Virus record (IMG/VR): IMGVR_UViG_3300045988_157693
Location: 1 to 42,546 of that record
Direction: 5' to 3' (one strand)
DNA from: a virus
Length of the DNA stretch: 42,546 nt
In this document: one piece after another, positions 15,038-22,630 of the stretch
Position numbering within the stretch: the stretch's first letter is position 1
How the letters are laid out: each line of letters begins with the position of its first letter
The notes under the pieces: generated by a model
The model's database searches: none
Seen by the model: only the letters and a program-made list of their open reading frames with translations
What the model was told of the DNA's origin: nothing
Position numbers and translations under genes: made by a program

Positions 15038-15076
15038 AAAGGCACACCATAAACGGTGTGCCTTTTTTGTTTTTTT
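15038..15076. terminator. Bidirectional rho-independent terminator
   Basis: aaaggcacacc / ggtgtgccttt stem with a T-run downstream and an A-run upstream. It lies between the convergent repeat transcript and the HTH gene. Confidence 0.85.
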
Positions 15077-15260
15077 ATGACTGTTCTGCTGACTGTTCTG
15101 CGATTTGCAGAAGTTTTTCAATAACTAACTTTTCAACATAAATCGGTGGGTTATGTTTTCCCGACTCCCAATCTTGCACGGTACGATACGGAATAAGTAA
15201 CAAATTCGTCATTGCTCGCTGTGTTAATCCTGCTTTAATGCGTGCCTCTTTGATTGTCAT
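15075..15260 (-). CDS. Small HTH protein (61 aa), Aca-like by position
   Basis: LTQRAMTNLLLIPYRTVQDWESGKHNP HTH pattern. AGGAG RBS. Confidence 0.85.
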   Translation of the reverse strand: MTIKEARIKAGLTQRAMTNLLLIPYRTVQDWESGKHNPPIYVEKLVIEKLLQIAEQSAEQS

Positions 15261-15315
15261 AATGTTTTCTCCTTTTCGTTTTTTATTTTGCGTGCCTATC
15301 GGGATTGTGACCGTC

Positions 15316-15350
15316 TGGCCGTCCGCATTACCCGACCCGAAGGTCGGCCA
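15316..15350 (-). other. GC-rich structured intergenic element with a cUUCGg-capped hairpin
   Basis: The minus strand reads CCGACC-UUCG-GGUCGG (plus 15332-15347). The flanking segments TGGCCG/CGGCCA could pair alternatively. The element is sharply GC-rich against an AT-rich context. Confidence 0.4.
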
Positions 15351-15359
15351 CTCTGCGAT

Positions 15360-15653
15360 TTATTTAGAATTAATATATCCACATTTCAAATTACTGCAAA
15401 GACGATTAGATACTTCCTGCAAATACTCTTTTGTTGCAATCGTGATTTCATTGATGATTCCGTTGTAATCTCTTGCAACAATTTCCTTGCTTGCTACTCC
15501 GAAATTGACATTATTGATATTTTCAAATTCAATAACCAACTTGTCTACATTTTCGCCAATTGCGGAATTTGTCCATCTTCTGAGATGACTGATGTTATTC
15601 AGTACAAACTCGCCTTCGTTACTCTCAACCAAGTTTAGAATTTCTTTTTTCAT
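15360..15653 (-). CDS. Hypothetical 97-aa protein (candidate anti-defence gene by context)
   Basis: AAGGAG RBS. It is the first gene after an operator-bearing promoter and is followed by the HTH gene. Confidence 0.8.
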   Translation of the reverse strand: MKKEILNLVESNEGEFVLNNISHLRRWTNSAIGENVDKLVIEFENINNVNFGVASKEIVARDYNGIINEITIATKEYLQEVSNRLCSNLKCGYINSK

Positions 15654-15711
15654 AGTGTTTGCTCCTTTTTTTGTCTGTGGGTGTTGCCCTGTGTTTTGAT
15701 TTGTTGATTAT

Positions 15712-15740
15712 AATATACTACACGGATTTCGTGTTATCAA
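15712..15740 (-). promoter_or_regulatory. Leftward promoter with a palindromic operator in the spacer
   Basis: The minus strand reads TTGATA, 17-nt spacer, TATATT. The spacer contains ACACGAAATCCGTGT (plus 15720-15734). Confidence 0.6.
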
Positions 15741-15824
15741 TACTTTTTTAAAAAAACTTAAAATTTTTTCGGGTGGGATGAGGCTGATAGGCTCAGCTGC
15801 TTTTGCTATCGCATTTTTCGTTAA

Positions 15825-16007
15825 TTACTTACATTCAATACTATCAACTATTGATTTAAGTGCTGTTAATCTGCTTGAAAGATTTTCTAACGCTTCGAGG
15901 TCTGCAAATATACCGCCTAATTCGTCAAGCGTTATATACTCGTCTATCATTTCGTTTATTCTTTTTGCATAAATTCTTGTTAATGCTGTTACATCATTCG
16001 TGTTCAT
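15825..16007 (-). CDS. Hypothetical 60-aa protein
   Basis: GAGGAG RBS. Translationally coupled to the upstream gene. Confidence 0.75.
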   Translation of the reverse strand: MNTNDVTALTRIYAKRINEMIDEYITLDELGGIFADLEALENLSSRLTALKSIVDSIECK

Positions 16008-16264
16008 ACCGTTGTCTCCTCTTCACCTAAATAATTATGTTGCATTTCGTTCCACCTGTTTACTGCGACTCTTACACTTGTATAATTGCCTGTGCAATCG
16101 CAAGCGGGGGTTGAACAATAAACAGCCCAATAGTCTTTATTATCACCAAAAAGACCTCTCTCGGACGCAATAACAATTTTTCTATTCCCACAATGCTTAC
16201 ATGGTAATAATATGTCTTTGTATTTTTCGGTGTAATACTTTGCTTTTTCAAACCGCTTTGCCAT
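16004..16264 (-). CDS. Lar-like zinc-ribbon protein (third paralogue-like copy)
   Basis: CKHCGNRKIV...CSTPACDC...VAVNRWNEMQ. Confidence 0.65.
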   Translation of the reverse strand: MAKRFEKAKYYTEKYKDILLPCKHCGNRKIVIASERGLFGDNKDYWAVYCSTPACDCTGNYTSVRVAVNRWNEMQHNYLGEEETTV

Positions 16265-16288
16265 TACTTACTCTGCTCTCTTTCTTTT

Positions 16289-16555
16289 TTATAACTCAAC
16301 CATAAATGAATAAGATTTTAACAAGATTGCGTCACATACAGCATTAAAATCTTCAAAACGAATATTACTGCTATGCTCGCAAATATCAGTTGCTATTTCT
16401 ACAATATCATCACTTGTAATATCTTCTTTTTTTGTCTTAGCAAGCATATTGCTATATTCTTCATTGTTGCCATTTGTGTACCACGCTCTTTCGATGCATA
16501 AAGCTCTTAATGCATCGCTTGATAATCTTCTAACAACTTTATAACCGTATTTCAT
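16289..16555 (-). CDS. Hypothetical 88-aa protein
   Basis: Preceded by the conserved leader ...GGCTTGACGGGCAGAAAGAAAGAGGTA. Confidence 0.8.
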   Translation of the reverse strand: MKYGYKVVRRLSSDALRALCIERAWYTNGNNEEYSNMLAKTKKEDITSDDIVEIATDICEHSSNIRFEDFNAVCDAILLKSYSFMVEL

Positions 16556-16560
16556 TTTAT

Positions 16561-16611
16561 TACCTCTTTCTTTCTGCCCGTCAAGCCGTTAGCTCAGCTT
16601 TTAATTATATG
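16561..16611 (-). repeat. Conserved 5' leader, copy 1 (28 nt identical to 17225-17252, with extended similarity)
   Basis: tacctctttctttctgcccgtcaagccg on the plus strand, directly abutting the start of 16289..16555. Confidence 0.7.
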
Positions 16612-16617
16612 CCGTGC

Positions 16618-16932
16618 TTATAGTGTTTTCGTTGATATATACTGCTCTATATGTTTCATCACGGGGTCAAATATCGTGACTGTCGCATATTGCATTGTTT
16701 TATGTACTGTGTATGTGGGTGTGCTTATTATTATCATTTCGCCACCATTCTGCCGTTCTACCCACTTTTTCAAGCGGTCAATTTCTTTTCTGAGTGTATC
16801 GGCTGTTTCGTAATGTGAATACTTTGCAATTTCTATTGTGTAGCCTTCCGCCGCATTTTCATTTTTACCGCATAAATTATAATTGTATTCTGCACGGCTC
16901 ATAAGCTTTTTAACATATTTTGGTATTTTCAT
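16618..16932 (-). CDS. Hypothetical 104-aa protein
   Basis: Open frame with an AAAGGG RBS. Confidence 0.8.
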   Translation of the reverse strand: MKIPKYVKKLMSRAEYNYNLCGKNENAAEGYTIEIAKYSHYETADTLRKEIDRLKKWVERQNGGEMIIISTPTYTVHKTMQYATVTIFDPVMKHIEQYISTKTL

Positions 16933-16972
16933 TGTTTACGCCCTTTCTTTAAATGTTTCGTTTTGGCACATT

Positions 16973-16995
16973 AAGGGCGGTGTGAACCGCCCCTT
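16973..16995 (-). terminator. GC-rich hairpin (possible attenuator or terminator)
   Basis: aagggcgg-tgtgaa-ccgcccctt. There is no clear U tract. Confidence 0.4.
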
Positions 16996-16998
16996 GCG

Positions 16999-17217
16999 TT
17001 ACTCTGCGTTGTTGTGTTCTATTTCAAGTATTCTTTCTCTTACTTCTGCAAACTGCTCGTTATACACATTCAATCGGTATTGACAAATGCAGTTATCTCT
17101 TCCATACTCTTTTTTTGTTCTATCGTTTATTTCTTCTTCGTGTTCTATATTTCTAAGTAATATTTCATAAGCCATACTTAAAAGCTGATGTTCTGTCATT
17201 GTTTTCAATTCTTTCAT
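16999..17217 (-). CDS. Hypothetical 72-aa protein
   Basis: Preceded by the second copy of the conserved leader. Confidence 0.8.
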   Translation of the reverse strand: MKELKTMTEHQLLSMAYEILLRNIEHEEEINDRTKKEYGRDNCICQYRLNVYNEQFAEVRERILEIEHNNAE

Positions 17218-17224
17218 TGTTGTG

Positions 17225-17277
17225 TACCTCTTTCTTTCTGCCCGTCAAGCCGATAGCACAGCGATTAGATGTTATGC
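17225..17277 (-). repeat. Conserved 5' leader, copy 2
   Basis: The same 28-nt core as 16561-16588. Confidence 0.7.
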
Positions 17278-17763
17278 CAAGAGTGATTGTTTTTGTGTGA
17301 TTTTCTCACTTCCGAAGAGTTCACGGATTTCATCAAGACTGAAGGTTTTTTTACTCTTCTTCTTGTAATCTTCGTTGTGAAAATACCACGCTGTTTTCTT
17401 TTTCGAAAATCTGAATTTCAAGGCTTTCAACTGTTCACGGCAGTTATATGTGTTGCCTGTTACCCATACCCAATTACCGCAGATTTCAATTTCAATTCCC
17501 TGCAGTTTAACAAGTTCATTGATAATGTTTTTGAACTCTTCGGGAGTTTCTTTTACTTCTTCGGAAGTTTCGTACACTTTACCGTCTGCGGTTGATTTTG
17601 AGTTTTTGAGGATTGCAAAGAGTCTGTCATATTCAGCATTGATTTCTTGCATTTCTTCCGTTGTTCCGCCACAGTCAGGATGATGTGCCATTGCAAGTTT
17701 TTTGTACTGCTTTTTGAGTTCTTCAAGTGTTTTTGGATTGCTAAACCATTTTGTGTTTGTCAT
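17272..17763 (-). CDS. J-domain (DnaJ-like) protein
   Basis: LEELKKQYKKLAMAHHPDCGG...EINAEYDRL contains the HPD tripeptide. AAAGGAG RBS before the ATG at 17763. The longer track ORF runs through the promoter. Confidence 0.85.
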   Translation of the reverse strand: MTNTKWFSNPKTLEELKKQYKKLAMAHHPDCGGTTEEMQEINAEYDRLFAILKNSKSTADGKVYETSEEVKETPEEFKNIINELVKLQGIEIEICGNWVWVTGNTYNCREQLKALKFRFSKKKTAWYFHNEDYKKKSKKTFSLDEIRELFGSEKITQKQSLLA

Positions 17764-17812
17764 AGTGTTTAATCTCCTTTTGTTTTTTTGGAGGTTTCCC
17801 TCTGTTGTGACT

Positions 17813-17841
17813 ATAATAGCACGAATTTCGTGCCTTGTCAA
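17813..17841 (-). promoter_or_regulatory. Leftward promoter of the accessory island with a palindromic operator
   Basis: The minus strand reads TTGACA, 17-nt spacer, TATTAT. The spacer contains the perfect palindrome GCACGAAATTCGTGC (plus 17819-17833). Confidence 0.65.
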
Positions 17842-17873
17842 TAGCTTTTTTGAATTTTTTTTGAAAAAATATT

Positions 17874-17921
17874 TATTCGCTGTCCGTTCGCTGACCGTTC
17901 GCCGTGTGCGGTTAGCGAATT
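17874..17921 (+). repeat. Phased CGTTCGC repeats bracketed by ATTCGC/GCGAAT (candidate pac or terS-binding site)
   Basis: ttcgc tgtccgttcgc tgaccgttcgc with an 11-bp period, located about 55 nt upstream of terS. Confidence 0.35.
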
Positions 17922-17977
17922 TTTTTTTGCTTATATAGTATTTAATTTAAACATTATAGTGCAAAAGAGGTGTGGCA

Positions 17978-18514
17978 ATGTCATCAAATAAATATCCGTG
18001 GGCTGAAATAGAGCAAGAGTACATTAACGGTTTGGAACAGTTTGAAATCCGCAAGAAATATGGTATGGCAGAGTCAACCCTGCGTAGGCATATAGACGAG
18101 TACGGTCTGCGTGAGAAAAGACAAAAAATGACACAAAATGTCTACAAAAAAGCTACTGAACAGATTGAAAAGCAAAAAGTCAACAAAATGACGAAACTCA
18201 TTAAAGCCTCAGATAAGATGGATGATTTAATCCTTGATTTTTTGAGGAGAGAGGGCGAGGAGTCAAACGGCTATGATGTTATCCCACCGATGCAGACTAA
18301 AGACCTGCAGAGCCTGTCAAGAGCGTTGAAAGATGCCGTAGAAGTCAAACAGAATCTACACGGCATTATCGGAAGACTTGAGGCTGAACGGCTTGCCCTT
18401 GAGCGTGAACGGCTTGCCCTTGAGCGTGAGAGACTCAAAGCACAACAGGACAAAGACAATATAGAGCCGACTATGTTTGCTCTCTCAGATGAGGCAGAGA
18501 GGTACGCAGAATGA
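17978..18514 (+). CDS. Terminase small subunit
   Basis: N-terminal HTH-like IRKKYGMAESTLRRHIDEYGL and a coiled-coil C-terminus. It overlaps the terL start. AAAGAGG RBS. Confidence 0.75.
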   Translation: MSSNKYPWAEIEQEYINGLEQFEIRKKYGMAESTLRRHIDEYGLREKRQKMTQNVYKKATEQIEKQKVNKMTKLIKASDKMDDLILDFLRREGEESNGYDVIPPMQTKDLQSLSRALKDAVEVKQNLHGIIGRLEAERLALERERLALERERLKAQQDKDNIEPTMFALSDEAERYAE

Positions 18515-19929
18515 CAAAGATTAACTATTTAGGTGTACCAAATGACAAGCAAAGACAATTCTTGCTTGCAAAGCAGAAATATGTTGCGTATGGTGGAGCG
18601 AGAGGCGGAGGAAAATCCTTTGCTGTGCGAATGAAAGCTAAATTACTGTGTGCGAGGTACGCAGGAATTAAGATACTTATTGTGCGTAGGACTTACCCCG
18701 AATTACTCAACAACCACATTAACACGCTAAGGGCAGAGTTAGCTGGCATCGCCCGATACAACACACAGGACAAGATTTTTACATTTCCGAACGGCTCAAC
18801 GATAAAATTCGGCTACTGTAAAAACGATGCTGACTTGCAACAGTATCAAGGAGCAGAATTTGATGTGATTTTCATTGACGAGGCTTGTCTGCTTTCAGAA
18901 CACCAAATCAAAGCTATTACGGCTTGTTTGCGTGGTGTCAACAATTACCCGAAAAGAATATATTACACGCTCAACCCAGGGGGACAGAGTCACGGTTATT
19001 TCAAACGGTTGTTCATTGACCGCAAATTTGGTCAGTATGAGCAGGCTGACGATTACTGCTTTATACAGTCGCTTGTCACCGATAATAAAGCGTTAATGGA
19101 AAGTCAGCCTGAGTATATACAACAGCTTGAGGCATTGCCCCCGAAACTCCGTGATGCTTGGCTATACGGTAGATGGGATGTCTTCGAGGGTATGTTTTTT
19201 GAAGATTTTCGCACAGAGGTTGATGTTGCAGAGGCACACAAGCTCGGCTTATCGCCTGAGGATGCTCTCAAATACGGCAGATACACAAATGTGATAGAGC
19301 CGTTCGATATACCGCAAGAATGGCGAGTATATAGAGCATATGACTTTGGTTACGGTAAACCATTCGCAATGCTGTACATAGCTGTTGACTATGACGGAAG
19401 AGCGTATGTTATTGACGAGTATTACGGATGCACGGCAACACCAAACGAAGGTGTCAAGTGGCAACCCTACAAGCAATTTGAAATGCTGTCTGAATACGAA
19501 CACACACAGCCACAGCTTGCAGGTCGGGATATTCAAGGAGTGGCAGACCCAGCAATTTGGGACGGCTCAAGAGGCGAGTCTGTCAACGATGTAGCCGAAA
19601 AATACGGTATTTACTTTGACAAAGGACAGAATGACCGTATTGCGGGATGGATGCAGATGCATTACCGTTTTGCTTTCGATGAAGTCGGCAAGCCGATGCT
19701 TTATGTGTTCAGCAACTGCAAACACACAATAAGGACTCTGCCCCTTCTTATGTTTGATGAGACAAAAAAAGAGGACTTGGACACAAGCCAAGAAGACCAT
19801 ATAGCCGATGCGTTGCGGTACTGGTGTATGTCCAGACCGATAGCACCTGCACGCAAGATTGAACCGAAGATACCACAGCCGAATCCGCTGTCGGAAGATA
19901 ACGAAAGGAAGAATTACTTATGGCATTAA
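18511..19929 (+). CDS. Terminase large subunit
   Basis: Walker A YGGARGGGKSFAV, Walker B-like FDVIFIDEA, and a C-terminal nuclease region with conserved acidic residues. Confidence 0.93.
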   Translation: MTKINYLGVPNDKQRQFLLAKQKYVAYGGARGGGKSFAVRMKAKLLCARYAGIKILIVRRTYPELLNNHINTLRAELAGIARYNTQDKIFTFPNGSTIKFGYCKNDADLQQYQGAEFDVIFIDEACLLSEHQIKAITACLRGVNNYPKRIYYTLNPGGQSHGYFKRLFIDRKFGQYEQADDYCFIQSLVTDNKALMESQPEYIQQLEALPPKLRDAWLYGRWDVFEGMFFEDFRTEVDVAEAHKLGLSPEDALKYGRYTNVIEPFDIPQEWRVYRAYDFGYGKPFAMLYIAVDYDGRAYVIDEYYGCTATPNEGVKWQPYKQFEMLSEYEHTQPQLAGRDIQGVADPAIWDGSRGESVNDVAEKYGIYFDKGQNDRIAGWMQMHYRFAFDEVGKPMLYVFSNCKHTIRTLPLLMFDETKKEDLDTSQEDHIADALRYWCMSRPIAPARKIEPKIPQPNPLSEDNERKNYLWH

Positions 19930-22034
19930 GACGAAAAAAAAGACGAGAAGAAAAGGAACGCAGACAGGCACAACAGCAGACAGAACTGCAGAGAACGCAG
20001 TCTGCTCCCGACAACCGTATTTTGTGGACTCAAGACGAGCGAAATCGGCTTGAACATATGCAGAACGGCTCAGAATTGCCACAGGATGACACAACAACCG
20101 AGCAGACAACGCAGATGTCATCTGATGACAATGCACCTACACAAGGCATTGTAGGCGGTACTACAACAGAGGCAAAAGCCGTGTTGAATCCTGTTGTAAC
20201 TGAGCGTACAGTCTTACAGGCATATGACCGATTAATGCGGTACAAGACCTACAAGACAAGCCTTGACAGACGAATCAAAGCAAATGAAGATTACTGGAAA
20301 CTCCGTCAATGGGATTACTATGACCACAATGGCAACAAGAAAAAAGGTGACAACGAGGTCGCAACAGCTTGGCTGTGGAACTGTATTGCATCTAAGCACG
20401 CAGACTTGATGGACGGTTATCCCGAATCAAACATCAGACCTAAGCGTGAAGATGATGTGGAAGAGGCTGAAAAGCTCAAGAGTATTCTCCCTGTTATCTT
20501 CGAGGAAAACGATTACGAAAACACATACTCAGAACTTGCCAATTACATACTTAAACAGGGAGTTTGTTGTGCAGGAGTCTTTTGGGACGGTACTAAGCAC
20601 GATGGACTCGGTGACATATCAGTCGAGAAAATCGACATACTCAATCTGTTTTGGGAGTCAGGTGTCACAGACATACAGGATAGCAAAGAGGTGTTCCATA
20701 CTTCGCTTGTGGATAATGAATCACTTGTCAAGCAATATCCACAGCTTGAAGGTAAACTCAACAGCCACAAGGTTATATCAGACCAGTATCGTACAGATGA
20801 TGCCATCGACACAGACGGTAAGACAACCGTTGTAGATTGGTTCTATAAGCAGTCAGATAGCAACGGCAATCAGGTCTTGCATTATTGTAAGTTTGTAGAG
20901 GGTACTGTACTCTTTGCAACCGAAAACGATGCCGAAAACTATCCGAATGGTTGGTATGACCACGGACTCTATCCCTTTGTTGTTACTCCTCTCTTCCCTG
21001 TTGAGGGCAGTATTGCAGGATACGGATACACCGACATTGGCAGAGGTGACCAACACGCAATAGATGTGCTTACACAGGCTATGCTTACTAATGCGAGAGT
21101 AACAAGCAAGCCGAGATACTTCGTCAAGACCAACGGAGCGGTCAACGAGGCTGAGTTTGCTGATTGGAGCAAAAACTTTGTACATACAACAGGTAGTCTT
21201 AACGATGACTCAATCATGCCGATTACAACCTCACCAGTACCGACATTTGTTGTCAATATGAGGGAAAACCTCATAGCTGAGATGAAGGAAACACTCGGTA
21301 ACCGTGATGTGAACAATGGCGGTAGCACTTCGGGAGTCACCGCCGCCTCGGCTATTGCGACAATGCAGGAGCAGAGCGGTAAGATGAGCCGTACTCATAA
21401 TAAGATTATGTACACGATGCACCGCAAAATCACAAATATGGTCATTGAATTAATCCGTCAGTTTTACGATGTACTCAGAGAGTACCGCATTACAGGCAAA
21501 TACGGACAAGAAAAATTCGTACAGTACAACAACGCAGGACTCAAACCGCAGAAACAACCGAGCATTCTCGGCAGAGATATGGGACTCAGACTGCCTTGCT
21601 TTGATATAGAAGTAACCGCACAAAAAGCCTCACCATACACGAAAATGGAGCAAAACGAACTTGCGATACAGTTGTACAACCTCGGTGTGTTCTCTCCTCA
21701 GAATGTAGATATGTCATTAATGCTGTTACAGACTATGGATTTCGCTCATAAGGATGAAATCATACAGATGATAATGCAAAACGGCACGATGTTTAATAAG
21801 TATCAGCAGTTACAGAAGATTGCGTTCAACCTTGCACAGCAGGTAGATATGCAGAATGGCACGCAGATGGCTGAACAGCTTGCACAGGCGATTCTCGTTG
21901 AAAATGGAAACAATTCCGAAGAACCGAGCGGTAATCTCTCTGTTGATGGCATTACAACAGACGATACATCCGAAAGGTCATTTATGACGAATGCAAGGGA
22001 AAAAGCACAGGCATCAACTCAGGTTAATCAGTAG
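19920..22034 (+). CDS. Portal protein (704 aa)
   Basis: Called from its size and its position directly after terL. AAAGGAAG RBS. Basic N-terminal extension. Confidence 0.8.
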   Translation: MALRRKKRREEKERRQAQQQTELQRTQSAPDNRILWTQDERNRLEHMQNGSELPQDDTTTEQTTQMSSDDNAPTQGIVGGTTTEAKAVLNPVVTERTVLQAYDRLMRYKTYKTSLDRRIKANEDYWKLRQWDYYDHNGNKKKGDNEVATAWLWNCIASKHADLMDGYPESNIRPKREDDVEEAEKLKSILPVIFEENDYENTYSELANYILKQGVCCAGVFWDGTKHDGLGDISVEKIDILNLFWESGVTDIQDSKEVFHTSLVDNESLVKQYPQLEGKLNSHKVISDQYRTDDAIDTDGKTTVVDWFYKQSDSNGNQVLHYCKFVEGTVLFATENDAENYPNGWYDHGLYPFVVTPLFPVEGSIAGYGYTDIGRGDQHAIDVLTQAMLTNARVTSKPRYFVKTNGAVNEAEFADWSKNFVHTTGSLNDDSIMPITTSPVPTFVVNMRENLIAEMKETLGNRDVNNGGSTSGVTAASAIATMQEQSGKMSRTHNKIMYTMHRKITNMVIELIRQFYDVLREYRITGKYGQEKFVQYNNAGLKPQKQPSILGRDMGLRLPCFDIEVTAQKASPYTKMEQNELAIQLYNLGVFSPQNVDMSLMLLQTMDFAHKDEIIQMIMQNGTMFNKYQQLQKIAFNLAQQVDMQNGTQMAEQLAQAILVENGNNSEEPSGNLSVDGITTDDTSERSFMTNAREKAQASTQVNQ

Positions 22035-22049
22035 TAAGGAGAATACTAT

Positions 22050-22379
22050 ATGCTCAAAGTTAAAGTTGACATTAAGAATTACACCGTAACAATGAGAGGT
22101 CACGCAGATTTTGCTGAAAACGGCAAGGACATTGTGTGTGCAGGAGCATCAACGCTCTTGTACACACTTGCAAACACGCTTGAAGAATTTCGCACAGCTA
22201 TGACAGAATCACCGTCATTTACTATCAGCGGTGAGGGCGAGAAACAGCGTGTTACATACAGGTGCAAGCCTAATGAGGAATACGAGCCTAATGTGCAGTT
22301 AGTCTTCATGACTGTTACAACAGGCTTTAATCTGCTTGCCGAAAACTATCCCGACAACATTAAACTTACCGTTATTTAA
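22050..22379 (+). CDS. prp: Prp-family cysteine protease (ribosomal-processing protease homologue)
   Basis: GHADFAENGKDIVCAGASTLLYTL matches the GHA...DIVCAAVS signature of Prp/YsxB. Confidence 0.8.
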   Translation: MLKVKVDIKNYTVTMRGHADFAENGKDIVCAGASTLLYTLANTLEEFRTAMTESPSFTISGEGEKQRVTYRCKPNEEYEPNVQLVFMTVTTGFNLLAENYPDNIKLTVI

Positions 22380-22420
22380 CTCTTTCCCAACTCTTTCCCA
22401 AAGTTTCTAAGGTTTCTAAG
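22378..22420 (+). repeat. Two adjacent tandem duplications
   Basis: aactctttccc x2 (22378-22399) and gtttctaag x2 (22403-22420). Confidence 0.85.
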
Positions 22421-22446
22421 CACCCGATTATGGGTGCTTTTTTTAT
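22418..22446 (+). terminator. Rho-independent terminator after prp
   Basis: aagcaccc-gattat-gggtgctt followed by T7. Confidence 0.85.
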
Positions 22447-22455
22447 GCTCAAAAT

Positions 22456-22515
22456 AACATTTTGCTGATGACCGCAAAATGTTCAATTCGTAAAAATGGG
22501 TGTTTTTTACGAATT
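22456..22515 (+). other. Twin perfect hairpins upstream of the scaffold gene
   Basis: 10-bp stem 22456-22465/22474-22483 and 12-bp stem 22485-22496/22504-22515. Confidence 0.6.
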
Positions 22516-22630
22516 GCAAAATTTTTTATCGTTTTGAAATTGATGGTTTGAGGTGTTTAGTCTTGCAATGCTAAATTGTGAACATAGGCTCGTGACCTTA
22601 ACCACAGACTTTATATGGAAGGAGATAGCA

